59,292 nt of DNA, from the NCBI GenBank assembly GCA_964389665.1, contig CAYMFC010000001.1, forward strand, positions 1 through 59,292, in the 5' to 3' direction. Position 1 is the stretch's first letter, and the number at the start of each line of letters is the position of its first letter. Under the pieces are notes generated by a model. That model saw only the letters and a list, made by a program, of their open reading frames with translations, ran no database searches and was not told the origin of the DNA. Position numbers and translations under genes: made by a program. Positions 27,019 through 37,081 of this stretch are shown here, in pieces. Source of the stretch: an uncultured Desulfobacteraceae bacterium. Lineage in GTDB: Bacteria > Desulfobacterota > DSM-4660 > Desulfatiglandales > B25-G16.

Positions 27019-29337
27019 ATGGCGCTTCCTAAAGAACAAAATGAAATGGGAAAGAGTCCCGACCTAGAGGCCTTGCGAAAGGAACTGGAATTCAGCAAGA
27101 GCCTTAATTTCATCACAAACAAGATCCATTCCGCAAATAATGTCGATGAGATACTGATCAATTTGAGGGACAGCATTCTCACGTTGTTCGATGCGGACCG
27201 TATTACCATCTATATTGTCGATGGCGCACATAAAGAGCTCGTATCTAGATTCAAGGTAGGCGTGGAGATTAACGAGATACGGGTTCCCATTGCTAATGCA
27301 AGCATTGCAGGGCACTGTGGTCTATCAGGAAGGATTCTCAATATTAAAAATGCCTATGATGAAAAAGAACTCAAGGAGATAAATCCTGAGCTTTTATTCG
27401 ACAAGAGTTGGGATCAAAAGACAGGTTATATGACAAAGCAGGTCTTGGTTGCGCCTATCAAGTTCAGCAAATACCTGCTGGGCGTCATTCAGCTTATTAA
27501 TAAGGTTGCCGGAAACCGGTTTACCCTGGAAGACCAAAAATCTGTTACCGAGATCTCCAAGGTCCTCGGTATTGCCTTTTACAACCATCAACGGCTTAGG
27601 CAACAGGCCAGGAAGACAAAGTTCGATTACCTTATCACCAACAACATTATTGCTCAAAAAGACCTCGATCAGTCTATGGTGCTAGCGCGGAAGATGAAGA
27701 GCAGCATCGAGAGCATTCTCATGTCCGATTACCATGTATCAAAGGAGGACATCGGGAAATCCCTTAGCGAATTCTATAATACCAAATTTATACCCTTCGA
27801 TGATAGCATGGTAATCCCAGGCCAGTTACTGAAAAACCTCAGGCCTGCATTTTTGAAGAATAACCTCTTCGTTCCCGTGGCCCAATCCGATTCCAAGATC
27901 GTGATAGCGATGGAAAATCCCAACTACCTCCCTGCACAAGACACGGTAAAAGGGCTCGTACCGGGCAAGGAGTTCGAGTTCTGTGTATCATTAAAAGAGG
28001 ACATCATCAAGATGATCGATCACTTCTTCGATATCTCACGATCAAGCCTGAATGAATCGGGGGCCAGGAGCATCGAGGAGATTCTAGGGCAGCTCGACAC
28101 CGGCGAGGAAGAGACCGAAGAGATGTATGGAATGAGCGAAGAGGACGGGGCCATTGTTCAGCTCGTCAGCAAGATGATCATCGATGCACACAGCAGGGGA
28201 GCATCGGATATCCATATAGAGCCTCGGCTGGGTAAGGCCGATGCCGTGATCAGATTTAGGGTTGACGGGTCCTGCCAGGTATACCAGACCATACCTTACA
28301 CATACAAAAGCGCTATCTGCTCCCGAATCAAGATCATGAGCGATCTGGATATCGCTGAGCGGCGTCTCCCCCAGGACGGCAAGATCAAGTTCAAGAAGTA
28401 TGCTCCTTTGGACATAGAGCTGAGGGTAGCCACAATCCCAACTTCAGGGGGAAACGAGGATGTAGTCATGCGACTGCTGGCCTCGGGAGAGCCCATCTCT
28501 CTTGATAAAATGGGCATGAGGGATCGCGATTACAACGAGTTTATCAGCATAATAGAAAAGCCTTACGGTATCGTGCTCGTGGTGGGCCCCACCGGAAGCG
28601 GAAAGACCACCACCCTTCATTCGGCCCTGCATTACATCAATAAACCGGAAACCAAGATCTGGACCGCAGAAGACCCGGTGGAGATCACCCAAGAGGGCCT
28701 TCGCCAGGTTCAGATGCAGCCGAGGATTGGGCTCAATTTCGCAGCTGCCATGAGGTCGTTTCTGAGGGCTGACCCCGACGTGATCATGGTTGGGGAGATG
28801 CGGGATGAGGAGACTACCTCCATGGGCATAGAGGCATCCCTTACGGGTCACCTCGTGTTCTCCACGCTCCACACCAACAGCGCACCTGAGACCATCACAC
28901 GGCTGCTCGATATGGGAATGGATCCCTTCAACTTCGCCGACGCCATCCTGGGGATCCTCGCACAACGGCTGGTGAGGACCCTGTGCAAGGACTGCAAGGA
29001 GCCCTATCACCCCTCAGAGGAGGACTTCGAGTCCCTGGTTCGATCTTACGGAGACGGCTTTGACAAGCTGGGAATTACTTATAATGACGAGCTCAGGCTC
29101 TATCGTCCCAAGGGCTGCCAGAGGTGCAATAACACCGGATACAAAGGAAGAACGGGAATCACCGAACTGCTGGTAGGTACCCGCGAGATGAAGAACCTTA
29201 TCCAAACTAAGGCTACTATGGAGGAGATCAGAGCCCAGGCTATCGAAGATGGGATGGCCACCCTTATGCAGGACGGCATCAGAAAGATATTCCTCGGACA
29301 GACCGATCTCCGCCAGGTTCGGAAGGTGTGTATGTAG
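27019..29337 (+). CDS. GAF-domain-fused type II/IV secretion-family ATPase (GspE/PilB-like)
   Basis: 772 aa. It has an N-terminal GAF-like region (~30-190), a T2SSE_N-like region, Walker A 'GPTGSGKTT', the Asp box and Walker B 'PDVIMVGEMRD', the His box 'GHLVFSTLHTN', and the tetracysteine 'CKDCK...CQRC'. Confidence 0.85.
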   Translation: MALPKEQNEMGKSPDLEALRKELEFSKSLNFITNKIHSANNVDEILINLRDSILTLFDADRITIYIVDGAHKELVSRFKVGVEINEIRVPIANASIAGHCGLSGRILNIKNAYDEKELKEINPELLFDKSWDQKTGYMTKQVLVAPIKFSKYLLGVIQLINKVAGNRFTLEDQKSVTEISKVLGIAFYNHQRLRQQARKTKFDYLITNNIIAQKDLDQSMVLARKMKSSIESILMSDYHVSKEDIGKSLSEFYNTKFIPFDDSMVIPGQLLKNLRPAFLKNNLFVPVAQSDSKIVIAMENPNYLPAQDTVKGLVPGKEFEFCVSLKEDIIKMIDHFFDISRSSLNESGARSIEEILGQLDTGEEETEEMYGMSEEDGAIVQLVSKMIIDAHSRGASDIHIEPRLGKADAVIRFRVDGSCQVYQTIPYTYKSAICSRIKIMSDLDIAERRLPQDGKIKFKKYAPLDIELRVATIPTSGGNEDVVMRLLASGEPISLDKMGMRDRDYNEFISIIEKPYGIVLVVGPTGSGKTTTLHSALHYINKPETKIWTAEDPVEITQEGLRQVQMQPRIGLNFAAAMRSFLRADPDVIMVGEMRDEETTSMGIEASLTGHLVFSTLHTNSAPETITRLLDMGMDPFNFADAILGILAQRLVRTLCKDCKEPYHPSEEDFESLVRSYGDGFDKLGITYNDELRLYRPKGCQRCNNTGYKGRTGITELLVGTREMKNLIQTKATMEEIRAQAIEDGMATLMQDGIRKIFLGQTDLRQVRKVCM

Positions 29338-29346
29338 CACCCTTGA

Positions 29347-30414
29347 TCATGGGAAGTTCCCGGCGTGCATCAATCCCGCGGTTTCCTCAATGCCCATCAT
29401 GATATTCATGTTCTGCAAGGCATTTCCCGCCTGACCCTTCACCAGATTATCGATCACACTGATCACGATGAGTTTTCCCGTTCTCGGGTCTGTGTTGAGC
29501 GAGATGTTGCAGAAATTGCTCCCCCTCACATCGGCGGTGCTGATCAGCTCTCCATGACTGAATACCCTGATAAAGGGCTCATCGGCATACAGAGCCTGGT
29601 AGGCAGCCTTTACACGCTCTCCATTCACTTCTGGTAAGAGGTCTGCATAAATAGTGGCGATAATCCCCCTGCTCAGGGGCACTACGTGAGGCGTAAATGT
29701 GATCGTGACCTCCCCTCCGCTCACTGCAGTCAGCTCTCGCTCGATCTCATAGACGTGCTGATGGCCCGTCACCCTGTAGGCATTCATTGACTCATGACGA
29801 GCCGGAAAGTGGAAAAGCGGTGAAGGGGTTTTTCCAGCCCCTGATACGCCGCTCTTTCCATCAAAGACCATGCCTTCCCTCTCGACAAGGCCGAATTTGA
29901 GGGCCGGTGCGATTCCCAGTATGCAGGCTGCTGCATAGCAGCCGGGATTTCCTACCAGTGCAGAGCTCGCAATCTTTGTCCTGTGGAGCTCGGGAAGCCC
30001 ATAGGTAGAAGAGGGGAGGATCCCCGGATCAGCATGTATCTCTATCCTTCCAATCCTTTTCGCATAGGATGCATAGCTCTGGCTATCATTGAACCTGAAG
30101 TCACCGCTGTAATCAATCACCTTGATATCGCGGTCAAGCCACCTGCGCGCATCCTTCTGACCCACCCCGTCCGGTGTGGCATAGAATACGATATCGAAAT
30201 CATTCGGGCATTCGGGATCGAGAGGATCGAAGACCTTGAGGTCGCAAAATCCCTTGAGGTGAGGGTATATCGTGCTGATTGGCTTTTCGATATCGTGTTT
30301 GGCCATGAGAGCGCCGATGGCAACGAAGGGGTGGTTTATCAATAGCTCTATTAACCCTACACCCCCGTAGCCCGTTGCGCCTATTACTCCTGCTGTTATG
30401 TGCTTTTTCGCCAT
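29347..30414 (-). CDS. argC: N-acetyl-gamma-glutamyl-phosphate reductase
   Basis: 355 aa with 'GVIGATGYGG' and the active-site 'GNPGCYA'. Confidence 0.95.
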   Translation of the reverse strand: MAKKHITAGVIGATGYGGVGLIELLINHPFVAIGALMAKHDIEKPISTIYPHLKGFCDLKVFDPLDPECPNDFDIVFYATPDGVGQKDARRWLDRDIKVIDYSGDFRFNDSQSYASYAKRIGRIEIHADPGILPSSTYGLPELHRTKIASSALVGNPGCYAAACILGIAPALKFGLVEREGMVFDGKSGVSGAGKTPSPLFHFPARHESMNAYRVTGHQHVYEIERELTAVSGGEVTITFTPHVVPLSRGIIATIYADLLPEVNGERVKAAYQALYADEPFIRVFSHGELISTADVRGSNFCNISLNTDPRTGKLIVISVIDNLVKGQAGNALQNMNIMMGIEETAGLMHAGNFP

Positions 30415-30418
30415 GTTC

Positions 30419-31480
30419 TTACACGCTAAATCTGAATTTGATTATATCGCCATCCTCAACCTGGTATGTTTTACCCTCAAGCCTGAGATGGCCCTCCTTT
30501 TTCGCATCCGCTACGCTTCCATATCTCATGAACTGGTCGTAGGCGATGACCTCGGCCCTGATGAACCCCTTCTTCATATCCGAATGTATGAACTCAGCAG
30601 CATCGAGTGCGATGGTACCTTTGGGTATGGCCCATGATCGCACCTCACTTCCCTCTACCGTAAAAAAGGAAATGAGATGTAAGGTTGCAAGACACCGCTT
30701 GATAACCCTATCAGGGAGTGATCTGTCAACATGAAATTCGGATAAGAATTCCTCAGCCTCTTCCGGCTCCATCTCGGCAATCTCCATCTCCAATTTACCT
30801 CGAATGACCATAACCTCTATATCCCGTGGGATTCGCGGCATCTCTGGCGGCTCCTCATCCTCGTCAGAGTTGTTTGTAATGATCATCTGAGGTTTAGCGG
30901 AGAGAAAGGTAAAGCCCTTGAGAAGGGGGGAGGCTGCTATTTCCGGGCTATTCCTTAGGGGACAGTCCTGGGAGAGCATTTCCCTGCATTTTTGAAGCAG
31001 GGTAAGCTCATCTTCGCTTATCTCTCTGCCTTTTTTCCCATCGGAATGTATTTTCTCAATCCTCTTCTCGGTCACCATGAGATCGTTTAATATCAGCTCC
31101 GATTCCAATTGATAGAAATCCTGCTCAGGTGTGGGAGGAGGGCCGCCGTATAGCTGAAAGTTTCTCACCACATGGATCAATCCATCGCATGTCCTCACCC
31201 CGGTGAGCATGACATTTTCCTGTTCCCTTCTCTCATGATCTGAATCGGCGATGGTTCCGGGCAGGATATACTCTACCTTGGAATAGACGGTCTTATCAGG
31301 ATTAAAGATTTCCTTGAGCTGATCGACCCTCTCATCTGCTACGTTGACGGTACCGAGGAGCCGATCACCCTTTTTTGCCCTCTCCGAACCCGAAAGCCCC
31401 TTTGCGCCGGTCAAGGTGCTGTAGATGGTGAACTTACCCGATTGGGGCAATCCGATAATGCCTAGTTTCATAGTAAGCAC
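30419..31480 (-). CDS. YchF/OLA1-like GTPase-family protein
   Basis: 353 aa with 'KLGIIGLPQSGKFT' (variant P-loop) and a TGS/DUF933-like C-terminus 'IRAEVIAYDQF..G'. Confidence 0.75.
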   Translation of the reverse strand: MLTMKLGIIGLPQSGKFTIYSTLTGAKGLSGSERAKKGDRLLGTVNVADERVDQLKEIFNPDKTVYSKVEYILPGTIADSDHERREQENVMLTGVRTCDGLIHVVRNFQLYGGPPPTPEQDFYQLESELILNDLMVTEKRIEKIHSDGKKGREISEDELTLLQKCREMLSQDCPLRNSPEIAASPLLKGFTFLSAKPQMIITNNSDEDEEPPEMPRIPRDIEVMVIRGKLEMEIAEMEPEEAEEFLSEFHVDRSLPDRVIKRCLATLHLISFFTVEGSEVRSWAIPKGTIALDAAEFIHSDMKKGFIRAEVIAYDQFMRYGSVADAKKEGHLRLEGKTYQVEDGDIIKFRFSV

Positions 31481-31557
31481 CTATGCCATCATATCATATC
31501 CTGCCATTCATCGCGCGCTTAAGAAAATGAGAGATATCGGTATCACTCGGTCGATGC

Positions 31558-32304
31558 CTACAGGATCGTTCTCAACCCTGAATCCATCGACTCCCGTGTC
31601 CATTTCAATCGCTGCACCGCATTAAATATATTGCCCTTTATCTTCTTATTGGTATGGTAAACGTTAGTGAGTAAGGATTTGATCTGTGCCCTCCTCGATG
31701 ATCCCGCAGTAGGGCATCCGCTCTCGATCACGGGAAAGCCCATCTCATCGGCATATCCCTTTATTATGGTCTCATCCAACAGGTAAAAAGGCCGTATGAG
31801 GGTAAGGGATCCATGAAACAATTCCTGTACCGGTTGCATGGTGCTCGCTGATCCCGCAAAGAGGAGGTTCAAAAAAAACGTCTCTATGAAGTCATCCTTG
31901 TGGTGGCCAAAGGCTACCTTATTGCATTTAAGCTCCGCAGCCTTCTCGAATATGGCCTTTCGTTTAAAGCGAGAGCACAAAAAACAGGGGTTTTCCCTGT
32001 TATTATCCGAGTGGGCACACGGTCCAACAGTAGTGTTGATTATTGCATGGTCAAAGGCGTGTCTGATAAAAAACTCCTCCATCTTCTTTGCCGTGGATGG
32101 GGAAAAGCCCAGATCTATGTGTACCCCGATAATATCGTAGTGTATCGGTATCCTTCTCAGCCGTTCTCGCAGCAACCACAGAAGCGATATGCTGTCCTGA
32201 CCCCCTGACACGGCCACCATTACTCTATCGCCATCCGCAATCATTTGATAACCGTTTATGGCCCTTCCCATGAGCCGCCTCATTTCCTTTGCCACATAGC
32301 TCAA
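31558..32304 (-). CDS. ttcA: tRNA 2-thiocytidine biosynthesis protein TtcA-like PP-loop ATPase
   Basis: 248 aa with PP-loop 'VAVSGGQDS' and the cysteine motifs 'CFLCSRFKR' and 'GCP'. Confidence 0.8.
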   Translation of the reverse strand: MSYVAKEMRRLMGRAINGYQMIADGDRVMVAVSGGQDSISLLWLLRERLRRIPIHYDIIGVHIDLGFSPSTAKKMEEFFIRHAFDHAIINTTVGPCAHSDNNRENPCFLCSRFKRKAIFEKAAELKCNKVAFGHHKDDFIETFFLNLLFAGSASTMQPVQELFHGSLTLIRPFYLLDETIIKGYADEMGFPVIESGCPTAGSSRRAQIKSLLTNVYHTNKKIKGNIFNAVQRLKWTRESMDSGLRTIL

Positions 32305-32966
32305 TGGGCGCTTCCCTGTCTTTCCCCGAATATCTTGGTTCCGATCCTCACCAGATTGGCCCCTTCTTCTATGGCAATCTGGTAGGAATTGGTCATACCC
32401 ATTGACAGATATTTCATTTCCACATTGGGCAGGCGAAGAGCCTTGATCTTCTCGAAGAGCTGTCTCGTTTTTATAAAGTAAGGACGTGAATTTTCAGGAT
32501 CCCCGAACCTTGGTCCCATGGTCATGAGGCCCATAATCCTGATATGGCTCAACGAGGAGATCGCCTCCAGAAGAGGAATGACTTGCTGTGGCAGGGCTCC
32601 GTGTTTTTGCTCTTCCTCACCGCTGTTGACCTCAATCAAAACGGGCATGACCTTACCGCGCTCCTCGCAGCATTTTTCGATCTCTTCGGCCAATCGGAGG
32701 GAATCCACTGATTCGATCATGTCGAAGATCTCTACCGCCTTTTTCACCTTATTCCTCTGTAGGTGACCGATAAAGTGCCACTCCGGGTTCCCTATCACCT
32801 CATTGATCACCATCATGGTATCCTGGAGATAGTTCTCTCCTACCATGGTAACGCCTGCCTTTACCACCCTTGATATCTCATCGGCATTCCGTTCCTTGAC
32901 AGCGGCAAGCAGTGTTACGCCCTGTGGAAGCTCTCTGAGCAGCAGCTTCACGTTTTCCTCTATCAT
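32301..32966 (-). CDS. yggS: YggS family pyridoxal-phosphate homeostasis protein
   Basis: 221 aa with 'LLAAVKERN', 'HFIGHLQRNK' and 'LSMGMTNSY'. Confidence 0.9.
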   Translation of the reverse strand: MIEENVKLLLRELPQGVTLLAAVKERNADEISRVVKAGVTMVGENYLQDTMMVINEVIGNPEWHFIGHLQRNKVKKAVEIFDMIESVDSLRLAEEIEKCCEERGKVMPVLIEVNSGEEEQKHGALPQQVIPLLEAISSLSHIRIMGLMTMGPRFGDPENSRPYFIKTRQLFEKIKALRLPNVEMKYLSMGMTNSYQIAIEEGANLVRIGTKIFGERQGSAH

Positions 32967-33077
32967 CGTGGTCCACCTCTATGCGATAGTGCACTCTTAA
33001 TCTAAGACCTTTGTTTCTCGTTGTTCCTTGAAAATCGCCACCTCCATTCGCAAGAGCTCAATGCATTCCGAACTTGC

Positions 33078-33752
33078 TTATCCCGTCTGTCCCTGATTGT
33101 CGGCAATCGAATGCTCATTACCTTTGGACAGGAGTGCGGCAACGGGGCACACCTCGACACAGGCGTAACATTGCTCACAGATATCCATTGCCTTATCCTC
33201 CTGCCCAAAGAAGCTTATCACGGTGTCGAGCCCCCTTCGCGCAAAGCTTATCATGGGTTGACCGTTCTTCTCCCTGCATACGAACACGCATCTCCCGCAT
33301 AGTACACACCTGTCGGGAACATACTGAATGTAAGGGTGATTTTCCTCTATGCGCACCTCTCTTTCAATTTTCTCCAGCCTCTTGAGCTTGAGCCCGAATT
33401 GCAGGTGTTTAGCGATCCTTTGAAGTTCACATCTTCGGTTGGCCGGACAGTTCTTGCAGTCGACATGGTGAACGGAGAGCAGCAACTCAAAGGCAGTTCT
33501 CTGGAGCCTTCTCACCCGCTCCGTACCGGTCGTGACGACCATACCTTCCCGTATCCTCACCCTGCAGGAGGTTACAGGCTGCCGATAGCCCTCGATTTCA
33601 ACAATGCATAGCCTGCATGAACTCGGTGGATCTTCCATCTCCTTCAGGTAACAGAGATTGGGAATGTAGATCCCATTGTCCAAACAGGCTTGAAGCAGCG
33701 TCATGCCCTCCGGGGATTCGATCTCCCTGCCATCAACTATCAATTTTGCCAT
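33078..33752 (-). CDS. HoxU / NuoG-N-terminal-like [2Fe-2S]+[4Fe-4S] iron-sulfur subunit
   Basis: 224 aa. It has a plant-type 2Fe-2S N-terminus ('CYLKE...SCRLC...C'), a His-ligated cluster motif 'HHVDCKNCPANRRC', and 4Fe-4S motifs 'CVLCGRCVFVC' and 'CEQCYACVEVCP'. Confidence 0.8.
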   Translation of the reverse strand: MAKLIVDGREIESPEGMTLLQACLDNGIYIPNLCYLKEMEDPPSSCRLCIVEIEGYRQPVTSCRVRIREGMVVTTGTERVRRLQRTAFELLLSVHHVDCKNCPANRRCELQRIAKHLQFGLKLKRLEKIEREVRIEENHPYIQYVPDRCVLCGRCVFVCREKNGQPMISFARRGLDTVISFFGQEDKAMDICEQCYACVEVCPVAALLSKGNEHSIADNQGQTG

Positions 33753-33755
33753 GCC

Positions 33756-35684
33756 TTAGCCTTCCTTCGGCCGCTCGATTCGAGGGGCGAGTTCAGGCGG
33801 AGAAACCTTTCTGACCGCATCGTATTCAGGCGGGCATGCGGTCATACACTCCCCGCACTTCACGCATAATGTCTGGTCAATTGCCTTCTTCCTGTTTGAG
33901 GTGGTAAATATCGAATCCGTGGGACAGCTCCCAACGCAGGCATCACATCCCCTGGCGCACCGATCTAAATCGATAAAATATGCCGTTAATGGCCTGCACA
34001 TCATGGCAGGGCATCGCTTCTCATTGATGTGTGCCTCATATTCATCCCTGAAATACCTTATACTTGTTAAAACAGGATTAGGGGCCGTTTTGCCCAGCCC
34101 ACATAGAGACCCCTCCTTTATGTCCAGGCTCAAATCCTCGAGAAGATCTATGTCGCCTTTCCGGCCCTCGCCTTTTGTGATCCTCTCTAAGATGGTTAAT
34201 AGATGTCTCGTCCCGATCCTGCAAAAGGTACATTTACCACAAGACTCATTCTGGGTGAAGTCAATGAAATATCGCGCTACATCAACCATACATGTGTCCT
34301 CATCCATCACCACCATACCACCTGAACCCATCATAGCGCCGGCTTGGGTAAGGGAGTCGAACTCGATTGGAGTATCGAGGCACACCTCGGGGAGACATCC
34401 TCCTGAGGGGCCTCCGATCTGAACTGCTTTAAATGTCTTTTTCTTCGGGATCCCTCCGCAGACATCAAAGATAAGCCTCCTGAGTGTAATCCCCATAGGG
34501 ATCTCAACAAGGCCGGCATGCACAATGCTCCCCACCACGGAGAAGATGGCTGTTCCAGGGCTTTCCTTCGTTCCTATCCCGCGAAACCATGCTCCATTTC
34601 TCTCGAGTATCGGGGCAATGGAACCAAAGGTCTTCACGTTATTAATCACCGTAGGCTTTCCCCACAAACCTCTCTGGGAGGGGTAGGGCGGTCTGGGATG
34701 GGGCATCCCTCTCTCGCCCTGGATTGACTGTATGAGCGCCGTCTCCTCTCCGCAAACGAATGCGCCTGAGCCTTGAAACACTTCGATCTCCAGGTCAAAG
34801 GTAGTCCCAAGTATTGACCTCCCTAAGATGCCGAGTTCCTTTGCCTGTTCAATGGCCTTTTTCACAATTCTCACCGCAAGGGGATACTCCGCCCTCACAT
34901 AGATGATCGCCCGTTGAGCCCCGACCGTATAAGCGCACATGGCTATGCCTTCGATCACCTGATGGGGATTGCTCTCAAGGATAGCCCTATCCATGTAAGC
35001 ACCCGGGTCTCCCTCGTCTGCATTACAGATTACGAATCTCTCAGGTTCATCGGCGTTTTTCACCATTTCCCACTTTACTGCTGTCTGAAATCCCGCACCA
35101 CCTCTTCCCCTGAGGCCGGATTCTCGAATCTCACCGAGGATCTTATCCTGGGGAAGGGAAAGGGTCTTGGCAAATCTCGAGTATCCTCCCTTCGCGATAT
35201 AGTGATAGATATCCTCTGGATCAATGAGCCCGCAGTGGGCCATGAGGATCCTCTCCTCACTGTGAAATCGTGAAAATTCCTTCACCGTGGGAATGAGATC
35301 ATTGTCCTCAGTGGCGCCGAGAATATATTCGAAAAGTGGATCACCCTCTTCGAAGAATGCCTTTACCAGCATCTTTGCCTTTCCAGGAGTCATTTCATGG
35401 TAGAGAATAGGGGGGAAACCAGGGTTCTCAACCATAACGAGTGGTTCAGCATAACAGTGACCGAGACATCCCACGGGGATAATGCGGGCCTCTATCCCTC
35501 GTTCCTTCAAAGTATCCTCAAAGGCCTCTTTAACCTCCATAGCGCCTGAAGCCAGACCGCATGTGGCCATGCCGATGTAAATGTTTGGATGGGTATTGCT
35601 TTTGAGCTCTCCTCTACGCCGTTCAGCTTCCTCCCGTATGGGTGAAAATATCTCATAGGCAGATTTTTTACTGGTTTGATTCAC
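33756..35684 (-). CDS. NuoF/HydB/HndC-like NAD(P)H-binding flavoprotein subunit with extra Fe-S domains
   Basis: 642 aa. It has an N-terminal thioredoxin-like 2Fe-2S domain ('MATCGLASG..GCLGHCYAEP'), an NADH/FMN region 'GRGGAGFQTAVKW..ICNADEGDPGA', 'ESCGKCTFCR', and two C-terminal ferredoxin CxxCxxCxxxCP motifs. Confidence 0.9.
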   Translation of the reverse strand: MNQTSKKSAYEIFSPIREEAERRRGELKSNTHPNIYIGMATCGLASGAMEVKEAFEDTLKERGIEARIIPVGCLGHCYAEPLVMVENPGFPPILYHEMTPGKAKMLVKAFFEEGDPLFEYILGATEDNDLIPTVKEFSRFHSEERILMAHCGLIDPEDIYHYIAKGGYSRFAKTLSLPQDKILGEIRESGLRGRGGAGFQTAVKWEMVKNADEPERFVICNADEGDPGAYMDRAILESNPHQVIEGIAMCAYTVGAQRAIIYVRAEYPLAVRIVKKAIEQAKELGILGRSILGTTFDLEIEVFQGSGAFVCGEETALIQSIQGERGMPHPRPPYPSQRGLWGKPTVINNVKTFGSIAPILERNGAWFRGIGTKESPGTAIFSVVGSIVHAGLVEIPMGITLRRLIFDVCGGIPKKKTFKAVQIGGPSGGCLPEVCLDTPIEFDSLTQAGAMMGSGGMVVMDEDTCMVDVARYFIDFTQNESCGKCTFCRIGTRHLLTILERITKGEGRKGDIDLLEDLSLDIKEGSLCGLGKTAPNPVLTSIRYFRDEYEAHINEKRCPAMMCRPLTAYFIDLDRCARGCDACVGSCPTDSIFTTSNRKKAIDQTLCVKCGECMTACPPEYDAVRKVSPPELAPRIERPKEG

Positions 35685-36207
35685 CTCGCTGCTTTTCCCT
35701 CCTTTGTCGTTCCTTTTCTATCTCAAACCCCAGGATCAGCCCCTCCACCTTACTGGGAGCCATATGCCCATGCACGGTATCATCGACTATCGCCACGGGA
35801 GCCAATGCGCAACATCCCACGCAGGCAACCTTGTCTATGCTGAATTCCCTGTCCTGTGTCGTTTCCCCTGCCTTGATCTCGAGTTTTCGTTCGAAGTTTT
35901 CCAGGATTATATCGCCTCCCTTCACATGGCAGGCTGTTCCGAGGCATACCTTTACTTGGTGTTTCCCCGGAGGGTGGAACCTGAACTGATTGTAAAAAGT
36001 GGCAACGCCATAGACCTCGCACGTGGATATGTTTAGATGCCTCGCCACCATCCCCAGTGCCGAGGGAGCCAAATAATGATGCTGTTCTTGGATTTTTTGC
36101 AATATGGGCATGAGATCGCCCCTATGGTGTCCAAAATCTTGCAGCATCGAGCCCATGTCACCTAACATAGCCTCGTCTTCTTTTTCGATTTCAGGTCGAT
36201 AATGCAC
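35668..36207 (-). CDS. NuoE/HoxE/HndA-like [2Fe-2S] subunit
   Basis: 179 aa with 'CLGTACHVKG' and 'VACVGCCALAP'. It overlaps the NuoF-like start by 17 nt. A candidate promoter (TTGAAA, 17-nt spacer, TATTCT) lies on the minus strand at 36262-36234. Confidence 0.85.
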   Translation of the reverse strand: MHYRPEIEKEDEAMLGDMGSMLQDFGHHRGDLMPILQKIQEQHHYLAPSALGMVARHLNISTCEVYGVATFYNQFRFHPPGKHQVKVCLGTACHVKGGDIILENFERKLEIKAGETTQDREFSIDKVACVGCCALAPVAIVDDTVHGHMAPSKVEGLILGFEIEKERQRREKQRGESNQ

Positions 36208-36270
36208 TTCTCTGCCTTTATCAAAAACATTTCAGAATATTGAACTAATTTCTAAATTTCAATGATAATT

Positions 36271-36921
36271 CTAGGATAATTCTAGGATTTTGTTCTCGTT
36301 TATCTCGAGCCAGGCCTTAATGTCGTCGAAATCATATCTCAGCCTTCTCATGGCTTGCCCTCTATGACTCACCTCGCTCTTCTTCCTTTCCGTTAGCTGA
36401 GCGAATGTCCTTCCAAGGGGTGGATACCAGAATAGGGGATCATACCCAAAGCCATTCACCCCACGAGGATCACGGGTGATCTCTCCTGCACACCTGCCCG
36501 TGTAGATCTTTGTTTGCCCTGATGGCTTTGCAATGGCGATAGCACAAACAAAGTTCGCATGTCTATTATCTTTTCCCCTCATGGCCTCGAGAAGTTTACG
36601 GTTGTTAGCAGCATCATTGGTTTGCTCTCCCCCATAACGTGCCGAGCGAATTCCCGGAGCCCCGTTTAAGGCCTCTACCTCAAGGCCGGAGTCGTCGGCA
36701 ATCGCAGGGATGCCCAGCATCCTCGCAGCATATCGTGCCTTCCCCTTCGCAATTTCTTCAAAGGAGATTCCTTCTTCCTTTGCCTCAGCCAGCTCATCGA
36801 ATTCCGAAAGTCTATGAATCTGAACAGGGAGATCCTTGAACAATTGGGAGTACTCCCTCCTTTTACCCTCATTATGTGTTGCTAAGACTAGGTTTATTTT
36901 GGACATGGATAGTTGCAGCAA
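36271..36921 (-). CDS. rdgB: Non-canonical purine NTP pyrophosphatase (RdgB/HAM1)
   Basis: 'LATHNEGKRREY', 'ADDSGLEVEALNGAPG' and 'GFGYDPLF'. The start may be the ATG at 36906. Confidence 0.9.
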   Translation of the reverse strand: MLQLSMSKINLVLATHNEGKRREYSQLFKDLPVQIHRLSEFDELAEAKEEGISFEEIAKGKARYAARMLGIPAIADDSGLEVEALNGAPGIRSARYGGEQTNDAANNRKLLEAMRGKDNRHANFVCAIAIAKPSGQTKIYTGRCAGEITRDPRGVNGFGYDPLFWYPPLGRTFAQLTERKKSEVSHRGQAMRRLRYDFDDIKAWLEINENKILELS

Positions 36922-37081
36922 TGGCTGGGAATCCTTAGGCTTAGCCCTAAAAAAGACCGATTGGCTTCATATCCTTTCGGCGGCTTTGAAAAAACATCAA
37001 CGATTACCTTCATTCTTGCTATGCGTTTCCACCATATATCACTTGATTAGTTATGCAAAGCTTTTTATAAGATAGCTGGTC

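Noticed and set aside
28444-29010. 188-aa ORF antisense to the GspE-like ATPase core
   Set aside because: Shadow ORF. The sense strand carries the Walker A, Walker B and His boxes.
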